In this document: piece after piece, positions 19,415 through 35,204 of the stretch
Position numbering within the stretch: the stretch's first letter is position 1
Layout: each line of letters starts with the position of its first letter
DNA from: an uncultured Actinomycetota bacterium
GTDB lineage: Bacteria > Actinomycetota > Actinomycetes > Mycobacteriales > SCTD01
Assembly: GCA_963761695.1 (NCBI GenBank)
Contig: CAVXIB010000015.1
Location: 91,807 to 155,806, forward strand
Length of the DNA stretch: 64,000 nt
Direction: 5' to 3'
Notes under the pieces: model-generated
Told to the model about the DNA's origin: nothing
What the model saw: only the letters and a program-made list of their open reading frames with translations
The model's database searches: none
Position numbers and translations under genes: made by a program

Positions 19415-20304
19415 TGGCCATCTTCCTCACGGCTGACAGCAAGGTCATCGTCCAGGGCATGACCGGCTCGGAGGGCATGAAGCACACCAAGCGCATGCTC
19501 GCCGGCGGCACCAGGATCGTCGGCGGGGTGAACCCGAAGAAGGCCGGCACCCAGGTCGACGTCGACGGCACCTCCGTCCCCGTCTTCGGTGGCGTGGCCG
19601 AGGCGATGAAGGAGACCGGCGCCGACGTCAGTGTCATCTTCGTGCCGCCGGCCTTCGCCAAGGCCGCCGTGGTCGAGGCGATCGACGCCGGCATCGGTCT
19701 GGCCGTCGTCATCACCGAGGGCATTCCGGTGCAGGACAGCGCCTGGTTCTGGCAGTACAGCCAGGGCAAGGGCACCCGCATCATCGGCCCGAACTGCCCC
19801 GGCCTGATCAGCCCCGGAGCCTCCAACGCCGGCATCATCCCGGCGTCGATCGCCCCCACCCCCGGCAAGATCGGCCTGGTCAGCAAGTCCGGCACGCTGA
19901 CCTACCAGATGATGTACGAGCTGCGCGAGTACGGCTTCACCACGGCCGTCGGCATCGGCGGCGACCCGGTCATCGGCACCACGCACATCGACTGCCTCGA
20001 GGCCTTCGAGGCCGACCCCGAGACGGTCGCGATCGTCATGATCGGCGAGATCGGTGGCGACGCCGAGGAGCGTGCGGCCGACTACATCAAGGCCCACGTG
20101 ACCAAGCCGGTCGTCGGCTACGTCGCGGGCTTCACCGCCCCCGAGGGCAAGACCATGGGCCACGCCGGCGCCATCGTGTCCGGCTCCTCCGGCACGGCGC
20201 AGGCCAAGCAGGAGGCCCTGGAGGCCGCAGGCGTGAAGGTCGGCAAGACGCCGTCCGCCACGGCTGAGCTCATGCGCGAGATCATGAAGGGCCTGCAGGG
20301 CTAG
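19414..20304 (+). CDS. sucD: succinyl-CoA ligase subunit alpha
   Basis: The protein begins [21 protein letters not shown]. It carries SKSGTLTYQ and the phosphohistidine loop GHAGAIVSG. Confidence 0.95.
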   Translation: MAIFLTADSKVIVQGMTGSEGMKHTKRMLAGGTRIVGGVNPKKAGTQVDVDGTSVPVFGGVAEAMKETGADVSVIFVPPAFAKAAVVEAIDAGIGLAVVITEGIPVQDSAWFWQYSQGKGTRIIGPNCPGLISPGASNAGIIPASIAPTPGKIGLVSKSGTLTYQMMYELREYGFTTAVGIGGDPVIGTTHIDCLEAFEADPETVAIVMIGEIGGDAEERAADYIKAHVTKPVVGYVAGFTAPEGKTMGHAGAIVSGSSGTAQAKQEALEAAGVKVGKTPSATAELMREIMKGLQG

Positions 20305-20329
20305 CTGTACTGCCCCACGTGCTCGATCC

Positions 20330-20379
20330 ACGGAGGGCGAGGCAGGGTCTGGAGTGTCGGATCCCGCCTCGCCCTCCGT
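20330..20379. terminator. bidirectional hairpin between convergent sucD and the sigma-associated gene
   Basis: Perfect 14-bp arms ACGGAGGGCGAGGC / GCCTCGCCCTCCGT with a 22-nt loop. Confidence 0.4.
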
Positions 20380-20404
20380 CGATCATGGGGGGACTGCCGG
20401 GCGC

Positions 20405-21340
20405 TCAGGGCGCCAGGCGTGCCGCCGCCTCCCGGGCGAACGGCTCCACGGTGTCCACTCCCGGGTCGCCGTCCTCGCCGTGGGCCGCGAGCAGGACGCT
20501 CACCAGGTCGCCGCGCTGCTGCACGGCGTAGTAGGTGTAGGCGCCGACGCAGGCGTCGCAGGTGACCGAGCGCTTCAGATAGCTGGTGGCGGCTCCGCCG
20601 ACCGTCGTGGTCCGCAGGACCTCGTAGCGGGTGGTGCGCGGTCCGCCCGGGGCCTTGTCGTCGGTGCGCTCCGCGCAGCCGCGCACGGCCCGGAGGTAAC
20701 CGGCGGCGGCGTCGCGGGCCACCGCCTCGCTGGGGTACTGCCCCACCTGCTGCGCCACCTCGGTCCCGCCGGCCTCCCGGGTGCTGCGGAGCAGGGTGGT
20801 GGCGTCGCTGAGCCGGTCCGCGTCCCGGGGGTAGCGGGTCCCGCCGGGGCAGGGGTCCAGCACGGGCCCCTCATCGGCGAAGCCCTCCCTGGTCCAGCTC
20901 CCCGGCTCGGCGCGGTCGGCATCGGCCACCGTGAGCACCCGCCCGGTGAGGTCCCGGGGAGCGGCCGAGGGTGAACGCGACGGCGCGGCGGACGGCGTCG
21001 TCGAGGGGGCGTCTGACGCGCGCAGCACCGGCGACGGGGTTCCGGCGGCGGACGGCGTCGGGGAGGGCGAGGCGGGAGGGGATGCGACCGACGAGGGGGT
21101 CGGCGTGGCCGACGGCGCGGCGATGTCCAGCGTGCTGCGGGTGCCCCCCGGACCGTCCAGGAGCGTGAACGCTCCGGCCCCGGCGAGCAGCAGCACGGCC
21201 GCACCCGTGCCGGCGAGGCCTGCGCGGACACGGACCCGGCGCTGTCCGCCGCGGGTCCGCGCGGCATCGGCCCCGGGAAGGGCGGGCACCGGTGCGTCCG
21301 CCCCGAACGCGGACAGGCGGTCGTGCAGCGGGTCGGTCAT
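20405..21340 (-). CDS. membrane-anchored sigma-associated protein (putative anti-sigma factor)
   Basis: The last 311 aa of ORF 20405..21646, starting at the ATG at 21340 (MTDPLHDRL...). ATGA overlap with the ECF sigma stop. One TM helix, a Pro/Ser/Thr linker and a Cys-containing extracytoplasmic domain. Confidence 0.6.
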   Translation of the reverse strand: MTDPLHDRLSAFGADAPVPALPGADAARTRGGQRRVRVRAGLAGTGAAVLLLAGAGAFTLLDGPGGTRSTLDIAAPSATPTPSSVASPPASPSPTPSAAGTPSPVLRASDAPSTTPSAAPSRSPSAAPRDLTGRVLTVADADRAEPGSWTREGFADEGPVLDPCPGGTRYPRDADRLSDATTLLRSTREAGGTEVAQQVGQYPSEAVARDAAAGYLRAVRGCAERTDDKAPGGPRTTRYEVLRTTTVGGAATSYLKRSVTCDACVGAYTYYAVQQRGDLVSVLLAAHGEDGDPGVDTVEPFAREAAARLAP

Positions 21341-21816
21341 GACGTCTCCTCGGCGAGCAGGGTGGCGAGCGCGGCACGGCCGCGGGAGAGCCGGGCCTTG
21401 ACCGTGCCGGCGGGGGCCCCGGTCTCCTCGGCCACCTCCGCGACGGACAGGCCCGCGACGTGGTGCAGGACGACGGCGCGGCGCTGGGCGGCCGGAAGGT
21501 GCGACAGGGCGCGCACGAGGGCGACCCGGTCGACCGACAGCGCTGGGACGCTGGGCTCGGCTCCGTGGCGGCGCAGGGCCCGCCGTCCGGCGGTGGCCCG
21601 CCGCAGTCGCGAGACCGCGAGGCGCCAGGCCACCTGCCGGACCCACGCCTCCGGTCGGTCATACCTCGACACCCTGGCCCAGCGCTGCCACGCCCGGGCA
21701 TACCCCTCCTGGACGACGTCCTGCGCCTCGGCGAGGTCGCCGGTCATGGCGTGCAGCTGGCGCACCAGCGACGGCGCGGTGGCGGCGTAGAAGCTGTCGA
21801 AGGTGTCGGCAGACAT
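21337..21816 (-). CDS. ECF (sigma-70 family, group 4) RNA polymerase sigma factor
   Basis: C-terminal 159 aa of ORF 21337..23751. Region 2 (DLAEAQDVVQEGYARAWQRW...PEAWVRQVAWR) and region 4 (LPAAQRRAVVLHHVAGLSVAEVAEETGAPAGTVKARLSRGR) are both present. Confidence 0.85.
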   Translation of the reverse strand: MSADTFDSFYAATAPSLVRQLHAMTGDLAEAQDVVQEGYARAWQRWARVSRYDRPEAWVRQVAWRLAVSRLRRATAGRRALRRHGAEPSVPALSVDRVALVRALSHLPAAQRRAVVLHHVAGLSVAEVAEETGAPAGTVKARLSRGRAALATLLAEETS

Positions 21817-21984
21817 GATGGCTGGCCTACCCCGCGGGGCGGGGGGGAGCAACGTGGGCACGGGACCTCCTCGGGGTGTCCTCACCCAGGGACACGCACC
21901 GGATGGCCGATCGGTTGCACCTGAGTTCGCCGACGTCGGCGTGCCGTCCCGGACGGCAGCGGATCGGCTGCGACAGTCGTCGCG

Positions 21985-23169
21985 ATGTCTGCTCCCACCC
22001 TCCGCCCCGTGGCCCGACCGACCCTGCCCCGCCGCACCCCGTCGGGGGCCGGGCCGTGGCAGGTCGGCGCCACCGCTGCGCTGTGGGCGCTGCTCGGGAG
22101 CCTGGTGGCCGTCCTGGTGCCGGTCCTGGTCGTGTGGGCGTCCGACGGACGGTCCGCCGCCGGGGCGCTGGAGGCGGTCCGCACGGCGGGGCAGGTGTGG
22201 TCGCTGGCCCACCTCGTGCCGCTGGGGCTGCCGCGGGGAACGCTGTCGCTGGTGCCGCTGGGGCTGCTGGCCCTGCCGGTGCTGATGCTGATGAGGGCCG
22301 GCCGAGCGGCCGCGCGCGCCCACCCCGTGCCGGACGCCCGGGCGGCGCTGCGGGTGACCGTCGCCGTGGCCGTCCCCTACGCAGCCGGAGCCGTCGCGGT
22401 CGCGGCGCTGTCGGCGACGACCGCGGTCCGCCCGTCGGTGGGCGGCGCCCTGCTCGGTGCCGGCGCCGTCGCGCTGCTCGGGGCGGGCGCCGGCGTGCTG
22501 CGGACGGTTCCCGATCTGACCTCCCGGCTGGCCGGTCGCGTGCCGGGGCGGCGGCTGGTGAGGCCGGCGTCGGCCGCCGTTCTGGTCCTGCTCGGCGCGG
22601 GAGCGCTTCTGGTGGGGGTGCGCCTGGCCGTCGCCCACGGCGCGGCCGGTGACCTCGCCCGGGCCACGGCCCCCGGCGCGGTCGGCGGGGTGGCGCTGCT
22701 GCTGCTGGGTCTGGCCCTCGTGCCCAACGCCGTGGTCTGGGGTGCCTGCTGGTGGGCGGGACCGGGGTTCGCCGTGGGAACGGGGACCTCGGTGGGACCG
22801 TTCGGACACAGCCTCGGTCCGGTGCCGCCGCTCCCGCTGCTCGCCGCCCTGCCGAGCGACCGGCCGCCGCTGGGCCTGGCGCTGCTGAGCCTGCTGGTGC
22901 CGCTGTTGGCGGGGGTCGTGGCGGGGCTGCTGCTGCGCCGGGGACCCGGCCGGGCGGCCTGGTCGGACGCCCTGCTGTGCGGAGTGCCTGCCGCCGTCGC
23001 CATGGGCGGGCTCGCCTGGGTGTCCGGGGGCGCAGCCGGGGGCGGGCACCTGCGCGAGATGGGCCCGTCGGTCTGGGTGAACGCCGTGGCGGTGGGCGCC
23101 GAGGTGGGTGTCGGCGCGCTCGTGGTGGTGGCTCTGGGTCAGTGGCGCAGCCGGCGGGTGAGCCGGTAG
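21985..23169 (+). CDS. DUF6350/PerM-like polytopic membrane protein
   Basis: 394-aa ORF with about 10 TM helices and a conserved WGA.WWAGPGF block. Its position between sucD and purN matches the mycobacterial perM locus. Confidence 0.65.
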   Translation: MSAPTLRPVARPTLPRRTPSGAGPWQVGATAALWALLGSLVAVLVPVLVVWASDGRSAAGALEAVRTAGQVWSLAHLVPLGLPRGTLSLVPLGLLALPVLMLMRAGRAAARAHPVPDARAALRVTVAVAVPYAAGAVAVAALSATTAVRPSVGGALLGAGAVALLGAGAGVLRTVPDLTSRLAGRVPGRRLVRPASAAVLVLLGAGALLVGVRLAVAHGAAGDLARATAPGAVGGVALLLLGLALVPNAVVWGACWWAGPGFAVGTGTSVGPFGHSLGPVPPLPLLAALPSDRPPLGLALLSLLVPLLAGVVAGLLLRRGPGRAAWSDALLCGVPAAVAMGGLAWVSGGAAGGGHLREMGPSVWVNAVAVGAEVGVGALVVVALGQWRSRRVSR

Positions 23170-23211
23170 TCCCCGTGCACGACCTCGCGGTCGACGCAGC
23201 GCGCCCCGCCT

Positions 23212-23850
23212 GTGGACATCTCGGTAGGCTGCCGATCCTCGTCCGCGTCCCGCCCCTGTGAGGTCCTGCTGTCCGCCCGACTGGTCGTGCTCGCCTCGGG
23301 CGAGGGGCGCACCCTGCAGGCACTGCTCGACGCCGCCGTCGGGGACTACCCCGCCCGTGTCGTCGCGGTGGGCAGCGACCGGGAGCAGGCCCGTGCCCTG
23401 GTGCGGGCCGGGGACCTCCCCACCTTCGTCGTGCCCCCGTCGCAGCCGCGTGAGGCCTGGGACGAGGCCCTGGCCGACGCCGTCGCCGCCCACCGGCCCG
23501 ACCTCGTGGTCTGCGCCGGCTTCATGCGCATCCTCGGGCCGGGCTTCCTGCGGCGCTTCACCGTCACCAACACCCACCCGTCGCTGCTGCCGGCCTTCCC
23601 GGGCGCGCACGCGGTGCAGGACGCCCTCGCCTACGGCGTGCGGCTCACCGGCGTCACCGTGCACCTGGTCGACGAAGGCGTCGACACCGGCCCCGTGGTG
23701 GCCCAGGCGCCGGTCGCCGTGCTGCCCGGCGACACCCAGCAGACCCTGCACGCCCGCATCCAGGACGTCGAGCAGCCGCTCTACGTCGACGCCGTCGCGC
23801 GGCTCGCCCGCGGTGGCTGGACCGTCGAAGGAAGGACCGTCGTCCTGTGA
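23212..23850 (+). CDS. purN: phosphoribosylglycinamide formyltransferase
   Basis: Motifs [27 protein letters not shown] and [12 protein letters not shown] are present. The start is uncertain; the GTG at 23212 is the only canonical upstream start. Confidence 0.9.
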   Translation: MDISVGCRSSSASRPCEVLLSARLVVLASGEGRTLQALLDAAVGDYPARVVAVGSDREQARALVRAGDLPTFVVPPSQPREAWDEALADAVAAHRPDLVVCAGFMRILGPGFLRRFTVTNTHPSLLPAFPGAHAVQDALAYGVRLTGVTVHLVDEGVDTGPVVAQAPVAVLPGDTQQTLHARIQDVEQPLYVDAVARLARGGWTVEGRTVVL

Positions 23851-25406
23851 GTGACACCGTCGCCGTCAAGCGCGCCCTCGTGAGCGTCTACGACAAGACC
23901 GGGCTGGCCGAGCTCGGGGCCGCCCTCCGCACGGCCGGCGTGGAGGTGGTCAGCACCGGCTCGACGGCCGCCCGGCTGCGCGAGGCCGGTGTCGAGGTCA
24001 CGCCCGTCGACGCCCTCACCGGCTTCCCCGAGTGCCTGGACGGTCGGGTCAAGACCCTCCACCCGAAGGTGCACGCCGGCATCCTGGCCGACCGCCGGCT
24101 GCCCGACCACGTGCAGCAGCTCGCCGACCTCGGCATCGAGCCGTTCGACCTCGTCGTGGTCAACCTCTACCCGTTCACCGCCACCGTGGCCTCGGGCGCC
24201 GAGCCGGACGAGTGCGTCGAGCAGATCGACATCGGCGGACCGACCATGGTCCGCGCGGCCGCCAAGAACCACCCCAGCGTGGCGGTCGTGGTCAGCCCCG
24301 ACTCCTACGGCGACGTCGTGGCGATGCTCGAGGCGGGCGGCTCCACCCTCGCCCAGCGCCGCCGCCTGGCGAGCCTGGCCTTCCAGCACACCGCCGCCTA
24401 CGACGTCGCCGTCGCGTCCTGGTTCGCGAGCAGCTACGACGCGAGCGATGCCGTCGAGGGCTTCCCGGACTTCGTCGGCGCCACCTACGCCCGCTCGGCG
24501 GTGCTGCGCTACGGCGAGAACCCGCACCAGGCCGCGGCGCTGTACGTCGCGCCGGACGCCGGGGACAGCCTGGCCACCGCGGAGCAGCTTCACGGCAAGG
24601 CCATGAGCTACAACAACTACGTCGACACCGACGCCGCCCTGCGCGCCGCGAACGACTTCACCGAGCCCACCGTCGCGATCATCAAGCACGCCAACCCGTG
24701 CGGCATCGCCTCCGGGGTCGACGCCGCGGACGCCCACGCCAAGGCGCACGCGTGCGACCCGGTGTCCGCCTTCGGCGGGGTCATCGCCGCGAACTGCGAG
24801 ATCACCGTCGCCATGGCCGAGCAGGTGGCGGAGGTCTTCACCGAGGTGATCGTCGCGCCGTCCTATGCCGACGGCGCCGTCGAGGTGCTCAGCCGCAAGC
24901 CGAGCATCCGGGTGCTGCGCACGAGCGGCCACGGGGGCCGCGGGCTCGAGCTGCGTCAGGTGTGCGGCGGCCTGCTGCTGCAGCAGGCGGACGCCCTCGA
25001 CGCTCCCGGCGACGACGCGGCGGCCTGGACGCTGGCCACCGGGGACGCCGCCGACGACGCGATGCTGGCCGACCTGCAGTTCGCCTGGCGGGCCTGCCGG
25101 GCCGTCAAGAGCAACGCGATCCTGCTCGCCTCCGGCGGCGCGACCGTCGGGGTCGGCATGGGTCAGGTCAACCGGGTCGACTCCGCCAAGCTCGCGGTCG
25201 CCCGGGCCGGGGACCGGGCGCGTGGTTCGGTCGCGGCCTCGGACGCGTTCTTCCCGTTCGCCGACGGCCTGCAGGTCCTGCTCGACGCCGGGGTCCGCGC
25301 CGTCGTCCAGCCGGGCGGGTCGGTGCGCGACGAGGAGGTCGTGGCGGCGGCGGCCGCGGCCGGCGTGACGGTCTACCTCACCGGCACCCGCCACTTCTTC
25401 CACTAG
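23847..25406 (+). CDS. purH: bifunctional IMP cyclohydrolase / AICAR transformylase
   Basis: Motifs [43 protein letters not shown] and TGTRHFFH* are present. GTGA overlap with purN. Confidence 0.95.
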   Translation: MSDTVAVKRALVSVYDKTGLAELGAALRTAGVEVVSTGSTAARLREAGVEVTPVDALTGFPECLDGRVKTLHPKVHAGILADRRLPDHVQQLADLGIEPFDLVVVNLYPFTATVASGAEPDECVEQIDIGGPTMVRAAAKNHPSVAVVVSPDSYGDVVAMLEAGGSTLAQRRRLASLAFQHTAAYDVAVASWFASSYDASDAVEGFPDFVGATYARSAVLRYGENPHQAAALYVAPDAGDSLATAEQLHGKAMSYNNYVDTDAALRAANDFTEPTVAIIKHANPCGIASGVDAADAHAKAHACDPVSAFGGVIAANCEITVAMAEQVAEVFTEVIVAPSYADGAVEVLSRKPSIRVLRTSGHGGRGLELRQVCGGLLLQQADALDAPGDDAAAWTLATGDAADDAMLADLQFAWRACRAVKSNAILLASGGATVGVGMGQVNRVDSAKLAVARAGDRARGSVAASDAFFPFADGLQVLLDAGVRAVVQPGGSVRDEEVVAAAAAAGVTVYLTGTRHFFH

Positions 25407-25409
25407 GGC

Positions 25410-25970
25410 GTGCTCGACCTCGCGCAGGAGGAGCACCGCGGGCTGCGCTTCACCGAGGAGCGCCTGCAGCACGCCGACCTGTCCGAGGCCGTTCTGCGGG
25501 GCTGCGTGTTCGACCGGTGCGACCTGTCCGGCGCCGACCTCACCAGTGCGGTCCTGGAGGGGTGCGCCTTCCTCGGCTGCCGGCTGGAGCGGGCCCGGCT
25601 CTCCTTTGCCACCTTCCGTGACTGCAAGACGACGGGCACGACGTTCCTGCGTTGCGAGCTGCGGCCGATGACCGTCGAGGGCGGGGACTGGTCCTACGCG
25701 ACCCTGCGGGGGGCCGACCTGCGCGGGGTGTCACTCGCCGGCGTCCGGCTGGCCGAGGCCGACCTGTCCGACGCCGACCTGCGCACCTGCGACCTCACCG
25801 GGACCGACCTGTCGCACGCGCGGCTGCGAGGAGTGCGCCTGCGGGAGGCCGACCTGCGGGGCGCGGACCTGTCGGGCTGCGAGGTCGACCTCGTCGACTG
25901 GACCGGCGTGCGCATCGACGTCGAGACCGCGGTCCTGCTGGCCCGCAGCCGCGGCGCCGAGGTGGGCTGA
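25410..25970 (+). CDS. pentapeptide-repeat protein
   Basis: 186 aa of A(D/N)LxG-type pentapeptide repeats (ADLSEAVLRGCVFDRCDLSGADLTSAVLEG...). Confidence 0.85.
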   Translation: MLDLAQEEHRGLRFTEERLQHADLSEAVLRGCVFDRCDLSGADLTSAVLEGCAFLGCRLERARLSFATFRDCKTTGTTFLRCELRPMTVEGGDWSYATLRGADLRGVSLAGVRLAEADLSDADLRTCDLTGTDLSHARLRGVRLREADLRGADLSGCEVDLVDWTGVRIDVETAVLLARSRGAEVG

Positions 25971-26010
25971 CCGACCCCCGAGGATCTTCCTGGCCCTGGA
26001 CGCTCTCGCT

Positions 26011-26592
26011 CTACGGCGACGTCCGGCGCGCCCACAGCCTCGGGTAGCTCCGCGCGGCCTCCTCCGGGTCGTCGTCGGGCGGCGCCCCGTCCGGGTCGCG
26101 AGGGGCGCGGACGCCCGGACGCGGCATGTCGTCGTCGTGGCGGCCGTCCCAGACCTCCAGCGCCACGTAGCCCCAGAGCTCGGCGTCGCGGAGGCGCTCG
26201 CGCAGGTCGGGCGGGGCGATGTCGGCGAGGGCGTCCGGGTCGGCGCGCACCCGGTCGTAGGCGGCGGCTCCCTGCGACACCAGCCACGTGCACAGGTCGG
26301 TGACGTCGTCCTCGTCGGCCCCGCCGAGGGCGACCCGGGCGGCCCCCCGGATTCCGGCGTCGAGCAGGTCGGCCCGGAGGGCGTCGAGGTGCTCCTGGAC
26401 GTCCGTGAGCCCCGCGTCGGACAGCACCGCGAGCCGGCGAAGGAGGGCCTCGACGTGGCGTTGCCCCGGACGCAGGGCGACGCGGCGCCGGAGCAGGCCG
26501 CGCCGCGGGTCGGGCAGCGCCTGGGCCTCCCGCAGCGTCTGCTGCACCAGGTCCCAGAACTGCTCCCGGGTGAGGGCGGGCTGCCCTGTCAC
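26011..26592 (-). CDS. DUF4240-like protein
   Basis: C-terminal part of ORF 26011..27027, from the GTG at 26592 (VTGQPALTREQFWDLVQQT...CTWLVSQGAAAYDRV...). GTGA overlap with the upstream methyltransferase stop. Confidence 0.55.
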   Translation of the reverse strand: MTGQPALTREQFWDLVQQTLREAQALPDPRRGLLRRRVALRPGQRHVEALLRRLAVLSDAGLTDVQEHLDALRADLLDAGIRGAARVALGGADEDDVTDLCTWLVSQGAAAYDRVRADPDALADIAPPDLRERLRDAELWGYVALEVWDGRHDDDMPRPGVRAPRDPDGAPPDDDPEEAARSYPRLWARRTSP

Positions 26593-27198
26593 GGGCGCCG
26601 CGCCCAGACGGCCCAGAGGGGGTCGCTGCGCCGCCCGTCGCGACGCTGCTCGACCACCGGGTCGTCGAAGCCCCCGGCCGCGCGGTGGTAGTCGGCGACG
26701 ACGACGGGCCGCTCGGCCTCGGTCACCGACAGCCAGCCCCGCACCGCCTTGCTGGGGAACATGCGGTTGCTGAAGGTGCAGACGCTCACACCGCCCGGCC
26801 GCAGCACCCTGGCCACCTCGGCCAGCACCTCCACCGGGCGCACCAGGTAGTCGATCGACACGCAGTTGACGACGGCGTCGAACGAGGCGTCGGCGAAGGG
26901 CAGGACGGGGTCGGCGTTGAGGTCGTGCTGCACCCGGGAGGTCGCCATCGGGTTGGCCGCAAGCTCGGCGGCGTTCAGGCCGAGCACCGTGAGCGACGCG
27001 GGAGCATGACGGAAGTGCGACACCCACGAGCTCATGAGGTCGAGCACGTCACCGTCGAGGCCGAGCTCGTCGTACAGGGTCGACACGGCGTCGATCGCGG
27101 CGTCGTCGAGGTGGGTCACCAGCCGCGGCTGGGCATAGAACTCCGCGTCGGGGCGCTCGTCCTGCGCGGTCGAACCAGCCGGGCGGGAAGGTGGTCAC
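26589..27198 (-). CDS. class I SAM-dependent methyltransferase
   Basis: ORF 26589..27119 extended to the GTG at 27198 (VTTFPPGWFDRAQDERPDAEFYAQPRLVTHLDD...). It has FDAVVNCVSIDYL and LRPGG motifs. GTGA overlap with the upstream small membrane gene. Confidence 0.8.
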
Positions 27199-27622
27199 CC
27201 CGTCGGTCCGAGGCCGATCACCAGCAGCCCGGCGACCACCAGCAGGACCGTGGTGACGGCGCCCGCCACCGAGCGCTTGCGACGCAGGTCGGGGTCGTCG
27301 AACCAGGTGCTCGCCGCCGGGTCGACGCCGCCGTCGAGCGTGAGGCCCTGCTGCCGCAACGCCCGCTCGACCACCACGGTGCGCAGGAACACCAACAGCA
27401 CCAGGACGGCGAGCACGGGGGTCACCACCCGCTGGGGGTTGGACCCGGTGGCCGCGAAGACGAGCGCGAGCAGCCCGCCGACGGCGCCCAGCAGGGGGAC
27501 GGCCTGCCTGAGCAGGTACCAGCGGCCGGTGATGTCGGCATGGGTCCAGGCCGGTGGTCGGGGCCGAGCCGCCAGCCGAGCAGGCGGTAGGCGATCAGGG
27601 TCGGCAGGGGAGGGGCGCTCAC
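27195..27622 (-). pseudogene. small membrane protein, probable single frameshift
   Basis: ORF 27195..27428 encodes two TM helices. Its frame extends upstream ([36 protein letters not shown]...). A plausible N-terminus ([23 protein letters not shown] at 27622) sits in another frame, and the length is not a multiple of 3. The break is near 27545. Confidence 0.35.
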
Positions 27623-27646
27623 CGGTTCGAGACTAGGGTCGGTGCC

Positions 27647-28505
27647 GTGACGGCGACGATCCTCGACGGCAAGGCCACCAGCGCAGCAGTGCGCGCAGAC
27701 CTCGCGGAGCGGGTGACGGCGCTCGCGGCCCGCGGCGTCGTGCCGGGCCTCGGCACCGTGCTCGTCGGCGACGACATCGGCTCGTCGAAGTACGTCGGGC
27801 ATGAAGCACCGGGCCTGCGCGGAGGTGGGCATCGCGAGCATCGCGCGGGTGCTCCCGGGCAGCGCGACCCAGGCCGAGATCGAGGCCGTGGTCGACGAGC
27901 TGAACGCCGACCCCGCCTGCACGGGCTACATCGTCCAGCTGCCGCTGCCGCGGGGCATCGACACCAACGCCGTGCTGGGACGGATCGACCCGGACAAGGA
28001 CGCCGACGGGCTGCACCCGGTCAACCTCGGCCGCCTGGTCCTCGGCCAGGAGGCGCCCCTGCCGTGCACGCCGCGCGGCATCGTGGCCCTGCTGCGCGCG
28101 TACGACGTGCCGCTGTCCGGCGCGGAGGTCGTGGTGGTCGGGCGCGGTGTCACGGTCGGGCGACCGATGGGGCTGCTTCTGACCCGGCGCAGCGAGAACG
28201 CGACCGTGACCCTGTGCCACACCGGGACGAAGGACCTGGCGCAGCACCTGCGGGGCGCCGACGTCGTCATCGCCGCGGCGGGCGTGGCCGACCTCATCAC
28301 CGCCGACCTCGTCAAGCCGGGGGCGGCGGTGCTCGACGTCGGGGTGTCCCGGCGGGCGGACGGCACGGTGGCGGGCGACGTCGCCCCCGACGTGCGCGAG
28401 GTGGCGGGTTTCGTGGCACCCAACCCGGGTGGGGTGGGGCCGATGACGGTGGCGATGCTGCTGACGGCCGTCGTCGAGGCCGCGGAGCGGACGAGCAAGG
28501 GGTGA
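27647..28505 (+). pseudogene. folD: bifunctional methylenetetrahydrofolate dehydrogenase/cyclohydrolase, one frameshift as sequenced
   Basis: The GTG at 27647 gives [19 protein letters not shown]...[17 protein letters not shown]. An extra G in the run at 27797-27799 moves the frame into ORF 27801..28505 ([11 protein letters not shown]...YIVQLPLP...DADGLHP.NLG...CTPRGI...VVVGRG..VGRP...PGGVGPMT). Confidence 0.85.
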
Positions 28506-28604
28506 CGGTCGAGGCCGCGGAGCGGACGAGCAGGGAGTGACGGTCGAGGCCGCGGAGCGGACGAGCAGGGAGGGTCGAGGCCGCGGAGCGGACAGCGGGT
28601 GACG
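28473..28604. repeat. about 4 tandem copies of a 31-35-bp unit duplicating the folD 3' end
   Basis: The unit is GTCGAGGCCGCGGAGCGGACGAGCA[A/G]GG[G/A]GTGACG. Copies lie at 28473-28507, 28508-28542, 28543-28572 (truncated) and 28574-28604 (variant). Copy 1 is the true folD terminus ([10 protein letters not shown]). Confidence 0.85.
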
Positions 28605-28609
28605 GTCGC

Positions 28610-29284
28610 TCAGCCGGCCCTGCGCACCTCGCCGTCGGTGTCGGGCGGGATCGGCCGGATGATCCCGGCGCTGATGACCTCGTTCGCGAGGCGGCTGCGA
28701 CGGTTGATGCCCTCGGCGATCCGGAACTTCTGGTAGAGCCGCAACAGGTGCTGCTTGACGGCCGCCTCGGTGACGACGAGCTCCTCGGCGATGTCCCGGG
28801 CGGTGCCGGGCGCGACGAAGGCCTCGTGCTGCAGCGCGGGCCGGCACAGCGCCACCAGCACGTCGCGCTCGCGTCGCGTGAGGTCGGGCGCGGAGACGCG
28901 TCGCAGCTCGATCGTGTTCTCGCCGGACGCGGGAGCGAGACCACCGACCCGCGTGCGGGCCGACCCGAACGACAGGACGTCGCCCTCGAGCAGGATCCGC
29001 CTGCTGACCGGACGGCCGTTGACGCGGGTGCCGTTCACCGACAGGCCGAGGTCGGACACGTACAGGTGGCCCCCGCGCCGGACGATCTCCGCGTGCAGCC
29101 GCGAGACCGTCGGATCGGTGAGGCTGATGTCGACCCCGGGCCCCCGCCCGACCGTCGTCACGTCCGCATCGAGCGGGAAGGTCTCCGCGCTCTCGTCGAG
29201 TCGGAGATGGGGGGTGTCCACGGACGGGGTCCTCTCGCTGCCGGCATGCTGCCGCGGCGTTACCCCACCTGGCGTGACGCACAC
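28610..29284 (-). CDS. FHA-domain / LuxR-type HTH transcriptional regulator
   Basis: The N-terminal FHA domain reads TVGRGPGVDISLTDPTVSRLHAEIVRRGGHLYVSDLGSVNGTRVNG. The C-terminal LuxR HTH reads LTRRERDVLVAL...IAEELVVTEAAVKQHLLRLYQKF. The start may instead be the GTG at about 29221. Confidence 0.8.
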   Translation of the reverse strand: MCVTPGGVTPRQHAGSERTPSVDTPHLRLDESAETFPLDADVTTVGRGPGVDISLTDPTVSRLHAEIVRRGGHLYVSDLGLSVNGTRVNGRPVSRRILLEGDVLSFGSARTRVGGLAPASGENTIELRRVSAPDLTRRERDVLVALCRPALQHEAFVAPGTARDIAEELVVTEAAVKQHLLRLYQKFRIAEGINRRSRLANEVISAGIIRPIPPDTDGEVRRAG

Positions 29285-29352
29285 CGTTGCAGCGGCGGGG
29301 CTTCCGGCGTGGGAGCGTCGCTACAGTGCGACGGTCGACGGAGGGAGTCGCC

Positions 29353-29610
29353 GTGCAGGTGCGCGAGGCGCCCGCCCTGGTCGTCCTGACGGCGGTGGCC
29401 GCGGGACTGGCGCTGGTGGCGCTCGGTCGGTGGCGCGTCGGCCTGCTCGGCATCGGCCTGACCCTGCTGCTGGCCGCGGGCCTGCGCTCGAGCCTGCCGC
29501 GACGGACCAGCAGCCTGCTCGCCGTCCGCAGCAGGGGGCTGGACGCCGCGGTGCTGCTGCTGCTCGGCACCGGGCTGCTGCTCCTGGCGAACAGCATCCC
29601 GGCGGGCTGA
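29353..29610 (+). CDS. DUF3017-like small membrane protein
   Basis: ORF 29287..29610, with the start placed at the GTG at 29353 behind GAGGGAG. It has three TM segments and WR.G...G and VRSRGLD motifs of the kind seen next to folD in other actinobacteria. Confidence 0.5.
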   Translation: MQVREAPALVVLTAVAAGLALVALGRWRVGLLGIGLTLLLAAGLRSSLPRRTSSLLAVRSRGLDAAVLLLLGTGLLLLANSIPAG

Positions 29611-29629
29611 CCGGCCGTACCCTTCCCGG

Positions 29630-35203
<5,574 letters not shown>

Positions 35204-35204
35204 C

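Noticed and set aside
23170-23260. ZTP (pfl) riboswitch upstream of purN/purH, also looked for upstream of folD at 27560-27646
   Set aside because: Only a weak CCGCCTGTGG resembles the conserved CCGCCUGGGC pseudoknot element. The 5' sub-domain motifs (GGGUCGUG..., ...CACCGGGG) are absent. The folD upstream region is coding on the other strand.
21817-23751. Long N-terminal extension of the ECF sigma ORF (804 aa) and other overlapping ORFs across perM and purN
   Set aside because: Only the last 159 codons have sigma-70 regions 2 and 4. The remainder is Arg/Pro-rich and antisense to the PerM-like and purN genes.
28473-28604. Possible CRISPR array (also considered for 49054-49533)
   Set aside because: The repeats are directly abutting with no unique spacers. 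One set is a copy of a gene terminus and the other lies inside a coding region. No cas genes are present.
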